This document shows positions 1-11,224 of a stretch of 64,000 bases of DNA, in pieces (positions within the stretch are counted from its first letter, which is position 1; each line of letters starts with the position of its first letter). The notes below the pieces were generated by a model. The model saw only the letters and a list, made by a program, of their open reading frames with translations. It searched no databases and was not told where the DNA came from. The DNA is from Oculina patagonica. Taxonomy: Eukaryota. The DNA lies in assembly GCF_052425735.1 (NCBI RefSeq), contig NC_135769.1:16988001-17052000 (forward strand). The letters run 5' to 3'. Position numbers and translations under genes: made by a program.

Positions 1-1058
1 CTTTTTATACTGCTACGTATGGTCTTCATCATAACTCAATACTTCGCGGCAAAAACTTCGCAGAGAACATAAGCAAGTTAGTAGTATGGAAGGCTTGTTT
101 TAAGCCACTTTTTGAGCAGGAATCTCATTAGCGTGAGCAGGAATACATTAACTGGGTGACGTGATAAAATTTAATTAATAAAATGCTGTGGATTTAATTA
201 AATTGTGGGTGATTTCAAGTTCTATTTTTTTTTCTTTGTTGATATAACCAAAGGCCAGGTTTGTCATGTTCTATGTTTTCTTTGCTGGTATAACCGGGTA
301 GTTTAATTATCACTATATTGTTATATTATAGGGGCATCAGTACTAGTTGTGTTTTATTCTTTTTGAAATCACTGGAGGAACCATTGAGTTGTAATTATGC
401 AACTTTCTTATCGCATAGATTATCAAATGCAAGCATCATTGTTTCCAACAGATGGCTTTATACTCGATGCGCTTGTTATGAGTGAACTCAGTGATAAAAC
501 GGTTTTTAGTCCTAAGCAAAAACATTTGCAAAATTTCTTTTTCCTCCACCCAAATTCTATTGTTTGCCACCGCCGCCACCACCGCCACGATTCTATTGTC
601 CTACACCACGACCACCACAATTCCATGCCACCCCCTCCCCAATTCTATTGTTTACCTCCTCCTCCGCTTCCTCCTCCTCCACAGTTCTATTATATTCTTT
701 TTTCGTCCACAACCACCGCCACCACCACTACGACCGCTACCGTGACCATTACCATCACCACCGCGACTACCACCACCACAATCATCACCACCGCCACCGC
801 CTCCACCTCCACGACCCCCTTCCCCCCCCCCCCTCACAACCGCCAACACATTTTTATTGTATGCCACATCCACATCATGCGCCACCACCACAACCACAAC
901 CACAAGGTCGAGGTGAGGTCGATGTGTGGTTGCTGTGAGGTCGATGGAGGGTCAACCCAGGGTACAGAGTTAGTACAGAAAAGTTTCTCAGTTCACGCTC
1001 TTGTGCTTGGTTACCCCGCTTATACCCCATCTATACCCCCACTGCACCTTGCGTTGAC

Positions 1059-1541
1059 TAGGCTTTGGTAGATTGTGCTAGCATAATTTTTGGCATAATT
1101 GGAGCTAAAAAGCATAATTTGTGAAACGAGCACTGACACGGCATAATTAGCAATTTTTAGCACTTTTTGGAGCATAAATTCATAAAATTTAGTAAATATG
1201 GTGTACTTTCTAAGGAAATAAGTAAAGTCGTTGGAGGCATTTTACAAACGGTTCAGAGATGCGAGCAGCTAATTTGGACAGCTGACGGCCGTGACAAACT
1301 GCCATAAAACACAAATAAATTTACAACAACAGTCTATTTGAAAAACATCATAATTTGGTGTCGTTATTGCGCACCTCTATGTACAGAATCTACGTCATTT
1401 TGTGAGCATAATTTCGGAAATCAGAAGCAAAATTTGGGAATTCAGGCATAATTTTTGCATAATTTGGCAACATTTTGAGCACTGCTAGTAGCATAATATG
1501 CCACTTTTAGGAGCAAAATCTGCAAAATCTACCAAAGCCTA
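1059..1541. mobile_element. hAT-like MITE
   Basis: TIR TAGGCTTTGGTAGATT / AATCTACCAAAGCCTA. 8-bp TSD GCGTTGAC (1051-1058, 1542-1549). Many internal GCATAATT motifs. Empty site at ~49550-49565. Confidence 0.9.
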
Positions 1542-4385
1542 GCGTTGACCCTCCATCGACCTCACATCCACCCCACATCGATCGAACCCGTGATTGTGGT
1601 GGTGGCGGCGGATGTGGTACAAAATAAACTTGTGTTGGCAGTGGTAGTGGTGGGTGTTGAGGTGGTGCAGGAGGTGGTGGTGGTAGATGAGAAGGAGAAA
1701 GAGCAGGACGAGGAAGTGGTGGTGAGGGTGTTGGTGTTGGTGCTGATGGTAATGGTCGCGGTGATGACCGTAGCGGTGGTGGTGGAGGTGGTTGTGGACG
1801 AGGAAAACAATAGAATTGTGGTTCATGGAATTGTGGTGGTGGTGTAGGACAATAAAATCGTGGTGGTGGTGGTGGCGGCGGCGGCGGTGGTAAACAATGC
1901 AATTGTGATGGTGGACATTATGCAAATGGTTTTGCTTAGGACTAAGTTTTTAAGCGCTTTTATCACTAATTTTACGCGCATCCAGTATAAAACCATTGTT
2001 TGAAATCAATGATAGCAAATTTATATGTAATATAAATGCCAATTTACATGTAATATAAATTAAAGTTAATGTGACAACCATGAAAGGAGTTCAGAGAAGT
2101 CATAAGATCACTCTATTCAAATACGCAGATCTGTCACGCAATATGCTGCAAGACTATCACTCTTGCGTTACATTCAAAGGTCAAACTCACTTCTGAGTGT
2201 GATGCGCTATTCGGGCTGGCCAATCACATCGCCCCTTTTCTATTATGTCAATCAAGGCCATGCGGTTTTATCTAGACTTGAGTAGTTTTACTTCAAATTC
2301 TCTGAGCTCCCTAAAAGAGTTTTCACAATAATTATTATTGCTGTGATATCTTTCGATTTTTTTTCGCTTCAACATCGCTCCATCAGTACTTTATGAGTTA
2401 TCCTGGTATCTGCCCACGAACTACGTTCCGGATTTACACATTTTATTCTGTCGTTCGAAGATAAATGTGCGGACGATCTGTCGAAGGCCTCGCACTACTG
2501 AACAGGTATTCGGTCCAACAACTCAGGAACTTGATATGCACACACAGAACAGATTACCTCTACCGGAATATGGCCACTCTACCGACTCGGCTTCAAGGTC
2601 CTGTGGTCTCCAAACCGCGGCTAAACCCGACACTACAGCAAAAAGTATGAACCTCACAAAAACATTATTTGCATGGTGGAGACAACATAGAATATAGAAT
2701 ATACTATTCTCTTGTCAAGCCGGAGAACAGTCAACAAGGGTCCGTCGTGAATGTCTTTCAAGCCTCGTCTAGCGCGCCGCCTTCTCTCCCGCCGAAAGTG
2801 GTCAGTAAAAAATTGGACAAGCAATCCGGATTTCCCTAGGGTGCATCTTGGCCAAGTGGAATCCAGGAGCTTGCTAAAAGCTAAGTATAAATATTTATAA
2901 GCTGATTCTATTTTGCGTTATATTAGACCGGCGTTAAATGAGATTTCAATATGAAAACAAACGAAACTTAGAGCAATTTGCAGGCTGCCGTTTCCACCAG
3001 CCGTCGAAAAGCCTAAAGGGCTGGAAATTACAAGATTCCGGTAGAATTCGCTATTGTTATCTTCTGTAATGTTCGAAGTCATGTCTTAATACCTGAGTAG
3101 ACGAGACCCTTTATAATTTGGCTGCTCAAAGTTGAGGAAGAGCGACATAAACTTAGCTTTGCTGGAGGCTAGGGTAGCGAATTCTCGTCCCTTGTCACTA
3201 AAGTAAAAATAGGACAAATATCAACTCAAAGCAACGAAAGTTCTCAGCTTATAGAATACTTTATGAAGATTCTAAAAATGTAAACAGTTTTTACATTTAA
3301 TGCAAGAATTTTGAGGTATTTAAAGGTGCCATTGTCACTGCCATTTTAACAAAAAAATAGGTTATAACTCAAGGGGAAATTGAACAATAATATTATTGTA
3401 GCAAGAATTTGATCCAAGACATACAGGGGCGTACCTGCCTTTACTACCACTAAAATTGCCTAGAAACGGCCCTGACATAAAATACAATAACAGGACTTTC
3501 TACGGGAGTATGTCACAGGAAATACAAAAGTGAGGATTCTAGGATCAAAACATAAAATTTTGCTTTGTAGTGAATACATTACTTTGTTCATGCAGAAGCA
3601 TTGAACCATTTCAAGCCTGCCAAGTTTAGTGGCACAAGGATAAATCCAACAGGAGCTACTATATCTACAATGAATGCATGTCTGTGTAGCAAGTGTCTTA
3701 ATTGTTCAAATACGCCTTATTTTTCGCACCTTCTACCCTGATTGATTCTTGTGTGAGTTCTGCCTTCCTGCCATGTTTCTTAGGTCAGCAATGTATAATT
3801 CCAGTGGTGAATAACAAACTTTTGCTCTGTATAAGGTCTTTTATTCCCGTTTTTCCCAGCACTCATTGAATTTGTGCTGTATCATTCAAAGGGAAACCAT
3901 GAATAGGGCATTTTAGTATTAACAGTCTTGAATTTATATATCTACTCCTTTACGTGTATGAAATGGCTAGGTCACACCTTACGGATGCCTTCCTGTACCA
4001 ACAAAAGGCAAGCTTTGACCTGAAATCCTCAAGGGAGTCAAAAGAGAGGTCGACTATTAAACACCTGGAGACGTTCGCTAAAAGCAGAGATCGAGTCCAT
4101 GGGCAAGAGTTGGTACCAGCTAGAGAAGCATGCACAGGACAGGATGCTATGACGATAGTCTATACTCCCGAAAAGGAGTCGAGTGAAGGGCTACTACTAC
4201 TTATTTACATGTTAACTTAAACCTATTTTATATTTTCGTGCTGTTCATCTATGGGGAATACACTTCGTGTATTTGTGGGGATGAAGTGCTCTGTACCATT
4301 CGCCCTTTTGCCCCATAGCCTCACAGGGTCAGCTTTCCCCTTATAGTGGGGCCCCCCAGTGTTGCTGTTGTTGGTTGTTGTGATT

Positions 4386-4601
4386 GTTCCCAAGGGTCCT
4401 AGAGATTAGGACCCCAGTTTCTTGGGAACCAGGGCATGTGGTTGTGTTTGTTCCCAAGGGTCCTAGAGATTAGGACCCCAGTTTCTTGGGAACGTTCCCA
4501 AGGGTCCTAGAGATTAGGACCCCAGTTTCTTGGGAACCAGGGCATGTGGTTGTGGTTGTTCCCAAGGGTCCTAGAGATTAGGACCCCAGTTTCTTGGGAA
4601 C
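4386..4601. repeat. Four copies of a 44-bp hairpin-forming repeat in B1
   Basis: GTTCCCAAGGGTCCTAGAGATTAGGACCCCAGTTTCTTGGGAAC at 4386, 4450, 4494, 4558, with linkers of 20, 0 and 20 bp. Confidence 0.95.
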
Positions 4602-5717
4602 TAGGGCTTCCTGAAAGGAAGGAGAGGATTCCAGTCTCTCGTTGCCAACCAACTAACCTGTGATACATGTACCCTGCATGATTTCTATTGATGATTCTGA
4701 TTGGCAACTCGAGCACTTCATCCCTTACCCCTTTTCTCCCACTGAACTTGTTGTCTTGTTTTGACTTCATGGGTTGGGAACATTAAAGCAAATTTATATG
4801 TAATATAAATGCCAATTTACATGTAATATAAATTAAAGTTAATGTGACAACCATGAAAGGAGTTCAGAGAAGTCATAAGATCACTCTATTCAAATACGCA
4901 GATCTGTCACGCAATATGCTGCAAGACTATCACTCTTGCGTTACATTCAAAGGTCAAACTCACTTCTGAGTGTGATGCGCTATTCGGGCTGGCCAATCAC
5001 ATCGCCCCTTTTCTATTATGTCAATCAAGGCCATGCGGTTTTATCTAGACTTGAGTAGTTTTACTTCAAATTCTCTGAGCTCCCTAAAAGAGTTTTCACA
5101 ATAATTCCCACCCACCCAACCCTCTTTGGTTCTCTTTTAGCTTAGTATTTGTAAAAATGTAGGCAATGTTTTAGTTCTACGCACATATCCGGCTATGTTA
5201 AGGGTGTCTATTATATTACTATTATTATTTTTAAACGTTAGCCATAGCTGATGGACTAAAGAAGCAAGCCCGCATTTATAGACATTATTCTAATAATTAT
5301 TATTTCCATTTTGTACGCTTACTTACGTTTAGAGCTGATGGACTTAAGCAGCATGCCTGCTTACAGAAACATTGTTTTTTATATTGTTATCATTTTGTAT
5401 GTTAGCTCAGGCTTAGAGCTGTTGGACTTGAGCAATGTGTCTGCTTTTGAGATATTGATATACATGTAACCGTTAGCTTTAGTGTCGAGCTGGCATGTAT
5501 CAACTCGACCATTCTGTTATTCGATTACTGTCTTTTCTGAACTTCTTCAATAGCTTTAGACCATCTTAACTAAGCATTGTCTTTTCTTATAGTTAATAAA
5601 CCACGGGAGGGGATGAAGTGCTCTGTACCATTCGCCCTTTTGCCCCATAGCCTCACAGGGTCAGCTTTCCCCTTATAGTGGGGCCCCCCAGTGTTGCTGT
5701 TGTTGGTTGTTGTGATT

Positions 5718-5933
5718 GTTCCCAAGGGTCCTAGAGATTAGGACCCCAGTTTCTTGGGAACCAGGGCATGTGGTTGTGTTTGTTCCCAAGGGTCCTAGAG
5801 ATTAGGACCCCAGTTTCTTGGGAACGTTCCCAAGGGTCCTAGAGATTAGGACCCCAGTTTCTTGGGAACCAGGGCATGTGGTTGTGGTTGTTCCCAAGGG
5901 TCCTAGAGATTAGGACCCCAGTTTCTTGGGAAC
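5718..5933. repeat. Same 44-bp hairpin repeat array in B2
   Basis: Identical to 4386-4601 at offset 1332. Confidence 0.95.
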
Positions 5934-6134
5934 TAGGGCTTCCTGAAAGGAAGGAGAGGATTCCAGTCTCTCGTTGCCAACCAACTAACCTGTAATACAT
6001 GTACCCTGCATGATTTCTATTGATGATTCTGATTGGCAACTCGAGCACTTCATCCCTTACCCCTTTTCTCCCACTGAACTTGTTGTCTTGTTTTGACTTC
6101 ATGGGTTGGGAACATTAAGTCTGCATATGATAAG

Positions 6135-7031
6135 TCACGCCTGTCCTCTGGTGGTTTGCCTCTTCTTACACGACAACATGTCACGGAGATGCTCACGGAA
6201 GCTTTTTATCAGCATGCTGTACAACACCGGATTGATACAAGGGTTGAAAGTTACCGATAATGTACCACTCTTATCGTACCACGAACCCATAACCACTCCA
6301 TCCCAGGATTTTAAGACGTAAGCTGTTAAGTTCGGAATCCAGGACACTGCGTAGATCACGCTGACCGTAATCAGCGTTATGGTAACTTGCTTACGATAGC
6401 GTAGTGAAGCACTCTGGGAAGCTTCCAAATTCTCGACTGGCTTGAACCACAAGTGACGCACTACTCTGGAGTACAGGTATACCATGATGCTTACAGGGAC
6501 TATGCCTGCTAGGACCATCCAAACCAGTCCGTCTACTTTGGCCTCCACGTCGCCAAATTTGCCTTCACTTTCGCATGAACGTAAGTCAGGTCGATAATAC
6601 CCCGTGCTCATAAAGTCAGGAACATTTATGAAAAAAGCAAAACTCCATCCAAGACCGATGAAGACTTTTAGACGTCGTCTTGTAAATATATCGCGCTGGC
6701 GAAGCGGATGAATAATGGCAAAGTAGCCTTCAACAGCGATGTAGACCAAGCACAGAATGGATACAGCACCACCAACCCACGCTATAGTTCCGTCTGTGAA
6801 AAATTTACACAAATATAGGCCTGTCTGTCCTTGGGGGTGGGCAATGGACGGCATTATAATGTACTGTATACTTATGAAAGAGGCGAACATCATGTCGGCG
6901 ACAGCCAAGTTGACCAGTAGATAATTGAGCGTAGTTTGCATATGCTTGTTGACAAGGACAGTTAAAATGACCAGCGTGTTGCCGACCAGGGATATAAGTA
7001 CAAGGATTGATAACACCACGATGAATAACAT
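6135..7031 (-). CDS. Class A GPCR copy 1 (type B-like), C-tail deleted, ERY changed to EGY; possibly non-functional
   Basis: 7TM motifs GN, LAVAD, W4.50, SWIP, NPVLY. Ends RGQA* where paralogs continue ~120 aa. Confidence 0.8.
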   Translation of the reverse strand: MLFIVVLSILVLISLVGNTLVILTVLVNKHMQTTLNYLLVNLAVADMMFASFISIQYIIMPSIAHPQGQTGLYLCKFFTDGTIAWVGGAVSILCLVYIAVEGYFAIIHPLRQRDIFTRRRLKVFIGLGWSFAFFINVPDFMSTGYYRPDLRSCESEGKFGDVEAKVDGLVWMVLAGIVPVSIMVYLYSRVVRHLWFKPVENLEASQSASLRYRKQVTITLITVSVIYAVSWIPNLTAYVLKSWDGVVMGSWYDKSGTLSVTFNPCINPVLYSMLIKSFREHLRDMLSCKKRQTTRGQA

Positions 7032-8629
7032 CTTAACAAGTATTCAGAGTCAATTTGATCTAAAAGTGAAAACACAAAATGAGAGATTTGCTTTGTCTCA
7101 CTAAAAGAGATCAGTGCAGAGATTGCATGCACCTACATATCAAAGCCATCTTGAACGAGAAACACGAGCGAATAACGTCAAATACGAACGAATAACAATC
7201 CCTATAAAAAAAATAGTAAAAACGAGTCCTGGAAAGTAGCGTCAGCCCGACCGTAGCGACCTACCAAACTTTCTCTAATGTTTATGTTAGGTAGTATTAG
7301 TTTATTACTGTGTTCTGATGAGTAATTTCCGTTAATTTCGCCGCGAAGGAGAACCTGCAATACTTCCCTCCAACTACAGCAATACCGTCTATTAGCAAAT
7401 AAGAAAGAGTTTGTAGAAAAACCTTTGTAAATACCCATTATACTGGATCAGCGACATAAAACGTATCATATTTTTGAACCTACAAGTACGGATGCATCCG
7501 AAAATAAGAACGAGGATCTCTGACTTTTTTTAAGTCGCCTTTGATTATGCGATGTTATACTACTTACGATTTCAGGAATGGTTCAGTAAATGGTACAGTA
7601 CACCTTTGAAAGCGTTCTTTCGGTGGAAGAACGGCTTTATTGATACATATAGCTTAGATTTGGACGAATTCACGGCTTCGAAAAGCTTTGGGCCTCATGA
7701 TATACAAAATGCATAAATTTTATTCACTATTTCCTCACTTAAAGCTGACTGTTTATTTGGAAGGACTGCAAAAAAGGGAGAAAACAAATGAAGAAGTGAT
7801 GAGGTTTTTTAATTGCTCAGCAGTCCTTATTTATCTTTCTTTTTAACGCTGAATAAACATTTGCTATTATATTTTTTTAATGATTTTTTATGTCTCTTGT
7901 GCTTAGCTACACGACCAGTTGGCACAATTTGTAGCCTTGAGTAGCCGAACTGTTCATGATCAGTTACCATTTGTTAAACCGGCAAGCTTTTCTGGATTAC
8001 GTTCAACAACGAAAATTGGACTAAGCTCGAAAATATGCAGATGCACACTTTTATTCCGAAAAGAAAAACGCTCAAAAAACGTATTCAAACAAATATTCTA
8101 TTATCATTGTTTTCCATTTCCGTAAGCATTACCATTTTTGATTATTTTTGAGTCGTGCTGAGGTTTTAATGGATTTTTCATTTGTCTAAGAGAAAGAACA
8201 TGCAAACTGTTGTTATACACAGGAAACGATTGCACAAGACCCTTGCCAAGGTTCAAATAATTGATTTCCTTCCATGAAAGAAAACACTCATGGAAAGTGA
8301 TTATAATAGTATTTTACATTCCCCAGGTCCAAGAGATCGTCTATGAAGAGATATGTTCTCAATTTGTATATAACTTTACTACTCCATTGGGCATCTACGA
8401 CCTTTTGGTAACTTTCATCATTTCTGTATTTTAAAATTATTGTGTTGAGTAAATAGATTCTGTTAATAAAACACTGCATTGTCTTTCGCCTGTCAGGATT
8501 CGGCAAATCTATTATTGTTATTTACATTCATAATCATAATCATAAGACTTGACTGACATCTTAACAGCAATATTGTTTTCTTCGGCATTAACAGCAATGA
8601 GATTTTATTTTTATTAGGTAACGCTTCCT

Positions 8630-8885
8630 TCTTGCATAAGCATAACCATAACTAAGCATAAACTTAAGCATAAAGTGATTAGAAGAAGCCAGCACAATCA
8701 TTTTACTTGCGCTGTCCTAACTTGGAAAAAGAATAAGCACAAGGAGAAGAAACCTTTTTTTTTTGCTCGTGCTTATGGGGGGATGCTTATGCTTATGCCC
8801 CATGAGAACAGCATACAAAAAAAGGAGGGCGTTCGTTCTTTTGGTGCGCGTATGCTTGTGCTTGTGCTCGATACCCATTAAAACT
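8630..8885. mobile_element. Degraded MITE with AAGCAT/ATGCTT subterminal repeats (also ~15980-16215, 22838-23075, 30840-31080, 34605-34850, 44735-44950)
   Basis: (AAGCAT)n-like motifs on the left mirrored by (CTTATG)n on the right. Confidence 0.5.
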
Positions 8886-8954
8886 CAGTTTTTAAAGCCA
8901 TATTCAAGAGTCTTGCATGTTGCAAGATTTTTATGGCATTTCAATTGCTCTTAG

Positions 8955-9287
8955 GTGCTGACGAAAAAGAGAAAGATTGCATCTTCTGTTTCCCACCTTA
9001 CTGGTGAAGATTCACTTCATTGCGGTTCTTCTGCTATGCCATGCCGGACTCTACCACAAGCACTACGGTTAGTTCGCAGTGGCGGTAAGAATTGTCTTAA
9101 CGGAAGGAAGAGCGAGTCTCATCCATACGGCTGTTTAATAATGGACGGTGCTAATGGAGTGAAGCTGAAACTTATAGACAAAAATGTTAAAATACATGGT
9201 CAGTTCTCGAAAGCTCATACTTCTTGCGAACATCGCGATAGCCTAGCTTTTTTGGAAAACATGCCAGGAATGGGTCCCTTAAAGTGA
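8955..9287 (+). pseudogene. Decayed exon-like fragment of an unrelated extracellular/membrane protein, co-duplicated with the array (also ~16290-16563, 23176-23409, 31190-31420, 34948-35175, 45020-45300)
   Basis: Peptide TGEDSLHCGSSAMPCRTLPQALRLVRSGGKNCLNGRKSESHPYGC...KAHTSC recurs with frameshifts in six spacers. From recall it resembles N-terminal 'G-D-xx-CG-xxx-PC-RT' domains of cnidarian beta-helix surface proteins. Confidence 0.5.
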
Positions 9288-9571
9288 CCACTCAAACCTT
9301 GTATACGACAACAATGGGATCGTTTCATCAATCCGAGTTCTTTAACAGTGGTACTAAGTACCTTAATTGTCCTTCATACAGCATAATTCAAAAGGACATC
9401 AATAAAACAAAAATTTATAGAAACTTTTTACCCCATTTAAAGTGCACTCAATACTGCGCGGCAAAAACTTCGCCGAGATCATTGGCAAGTTAATCTATAT
9501 ATTTTTACTGCGAACTCCCTTCAAGAAGACATTCCTACAGTTTCCATCAATTTTATGAAATGTTTGATTAC

Positions 9572-10501
9572 TTACAGACGTGTTTCTGTATTATTATGGA
9601 GTTGTTCGATAGTTGCTAACGTAACTTAAGCTTCCCCTGTTCTCATACATTTCTACAGACAAGTTGAGCAATCAGTCCCTGCATCTCCCGTTACTTTATT
9701 ACTCTTTGTAATTGCTGTACATGTGGCCGTTTCTATATTCTGCTGCAGAAAAAAAAAAATGACAAAAAGTTTCTTCCAGAATTCGCTTCGTTAAGTACGA
9801 TTGCTGTCGTGACCATCTCTTCTTTAAATGCTGATGAAAATGAGAATGGTGTTGGTGCCGCTGTGTTACACACGGATTCCTCAGTTCCATTAATTGGTTG
9901 CCCTGTTGTAGGCCCCACATCCACAACAGCTGCCTGTCCTCTTGCTGTTTGCCTTTTCTTGCACAACAACATATCGCGAAGATGTTCACGGAAGCTTTTT
10001 AACCGCATGCTATACACGTCGCCAAATTTACCTTCCTTTCCGCACAAACGTAAGCCAGGTTGATAATACCCCGTGCTCATAAAATCAGGAACATTTATCA
10101 AAAAAGCAAAACTCCATCCAAGAACAATGAAGACTTTTAGACGTCGCCTTGTAAATCTACCGCGCTGGCGAAGCGGATGAATAATGGCAAAGTAACGTTC
10201 AATGGCGATGTAGACCAAGCACAAACTGGACACAGCACCACCAACCCACGCTATAGCTCCGTCTGTGACAAATTTACACAGATATTGACCAGTCTGTCCT
10301 TCGGGGTGGACAATGAATTTAGATTGTATCATAATGTACTGAATACCTATGGACAAGGCAAACATCATGTCGGCGACACCCAAATTGACCAGTAGATAAT
10401 TGAGTGTAGTCTGGCTTATTGAAAAGAACAGTTAAGACGACCAACGTGTTGCCGACCAGGGATATAAGTACAAGGATTGATAACGATACGATAAATATCA
10501 T
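9572..10501 (-). pseudogene. GPCR pseudogene, copy 2 (A/B mosaic)
   Basis: Frameshifting deletion near 10413. In-frame deletion of TM5-TM7 (KFGDV joined to YSMRLK, ~10013). Frameshift in the tail. Confidence 0.9.
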
Positions 10502-10689
10502 GTTAACACGAAAGCAGATCCACTTTGATCTAAAAGTGAAAACACATTATTACAGATTAATGAAAGCTTTTCTTACTGAAAGTGATCAGTGCAGATATTG
10601 CAATTCGACACGCACCTACACATCTGAGCCGAGTACATCGATTTTACACAATAAAAATAACATATCTCACAGGCCATTATAAAATTATA

Positions 10690-10942
10690 AAAGGACTATG
10701 TGGAGCCAAGTGGCCCATATCGCTGGAGCTTTTTCTGTCTTCGTTAGCATTAAGCGACTAGAAGTGTTTCTACTCCTCCCTGGATGGAATGCTAGTCCAT
10801 CGCAGGGTTACCCCTAGCGTTAAATCGCATATACCCATTTATACACCAGGGTGGAGAGAAGAACTATAAGTGTCTTGCCCAAGAAAACGACACATGCAAT
10901 GACCCCGGCTTGGGCTCCAACATGGACCCCTCGATCCGGAGT
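10690..10942 (-). mobile_element. tRNA-derived SINE (Nin-domain-like), 5' truncated
   Basis: Contains ctggatggaatgctagtccatcgcagggttacc...tacccatttatacaccagggtggagaga...tgtcttgcccaaga, homologous to the fuller copy at 18260-18545. Confidence 0.75.
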
Positions 10943-11224
10943 AGTCCTTATTGCGAATAAATAACTGTGTTCTTGTGAGAAAGTCCCGTTAAGGCCGCAA
11001 AGAAAGGAAAGCCTGTAATAGCTCCCTCCAGCTGAAGAATATCGTCTATTACCAAGTATGAGAGGGAACATTCAAATCAGTGCTTCTGTTACATTTTAAC
11101 GCAAGGCTGCAAAGAGCCCATACTGTTGCTTTCAGCGTCATAAAAGGTGCAATTTTTCTAACCCAAAAGTACAGTTACATCCGCAATAGTCAACGAGGAT
11201 CGTTTCTTTTGGAGCTGTCTAAAA

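Larger units (their letters stand above)
2014..6118. mobile_element. Non-autonomous split-direct-repeat element (PAT/Ngaro-type tyrosine-recombinase retrotransposon architecture A1..B1A2..B2)
   Basis: A1 2014-2333 = A2 4787-5106. B1 4277-4786 = B2 5609-6118. B1 abuts A2. No TSD relative to the empty site at 55701-55728. No RT or YR ORF. Confidence 0.8.
81..6137. mobile_element. Palindromic (foldback-like) non-autonomous element, copy 1, with (CAC)n-rich inverted arms; interrupted by two insertions and deleted at the right end
   Basis: 81-200 is the reverse complement of ~55945-56074. Arms ~480-960 and ~1545-2010 are inverted repeats. Colinear with 48675-49883 plus 55650-56074. 6119-6137 (gtctgcatatgataagtca) resumes the sequence of 55710-55728. 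Confidence 0.8.

Noticed and set aside
397-1925. His/Pro/Thr-rich ORFs (also 48973-49869) as extensin- or mucin-like genes
   Set aside because: They are open in many frames on both strands because of (CAC)n low complexity within a palindromic transposon, and frames are not conserved between the two copies.
4386-4601. CRISPR array
   Set aside because: Linkers are near-identical or absent, there are no cas genes, the context is eukaryotic, and the array is part of a duplicated terminal repeat.
4507-4770. Duplicated 87-aa ORF in repeat B
   Set aside because: Partly made of the hairpin repeat, with no recognisable gag or YR similarity. The duplication is explained by B1/B2.
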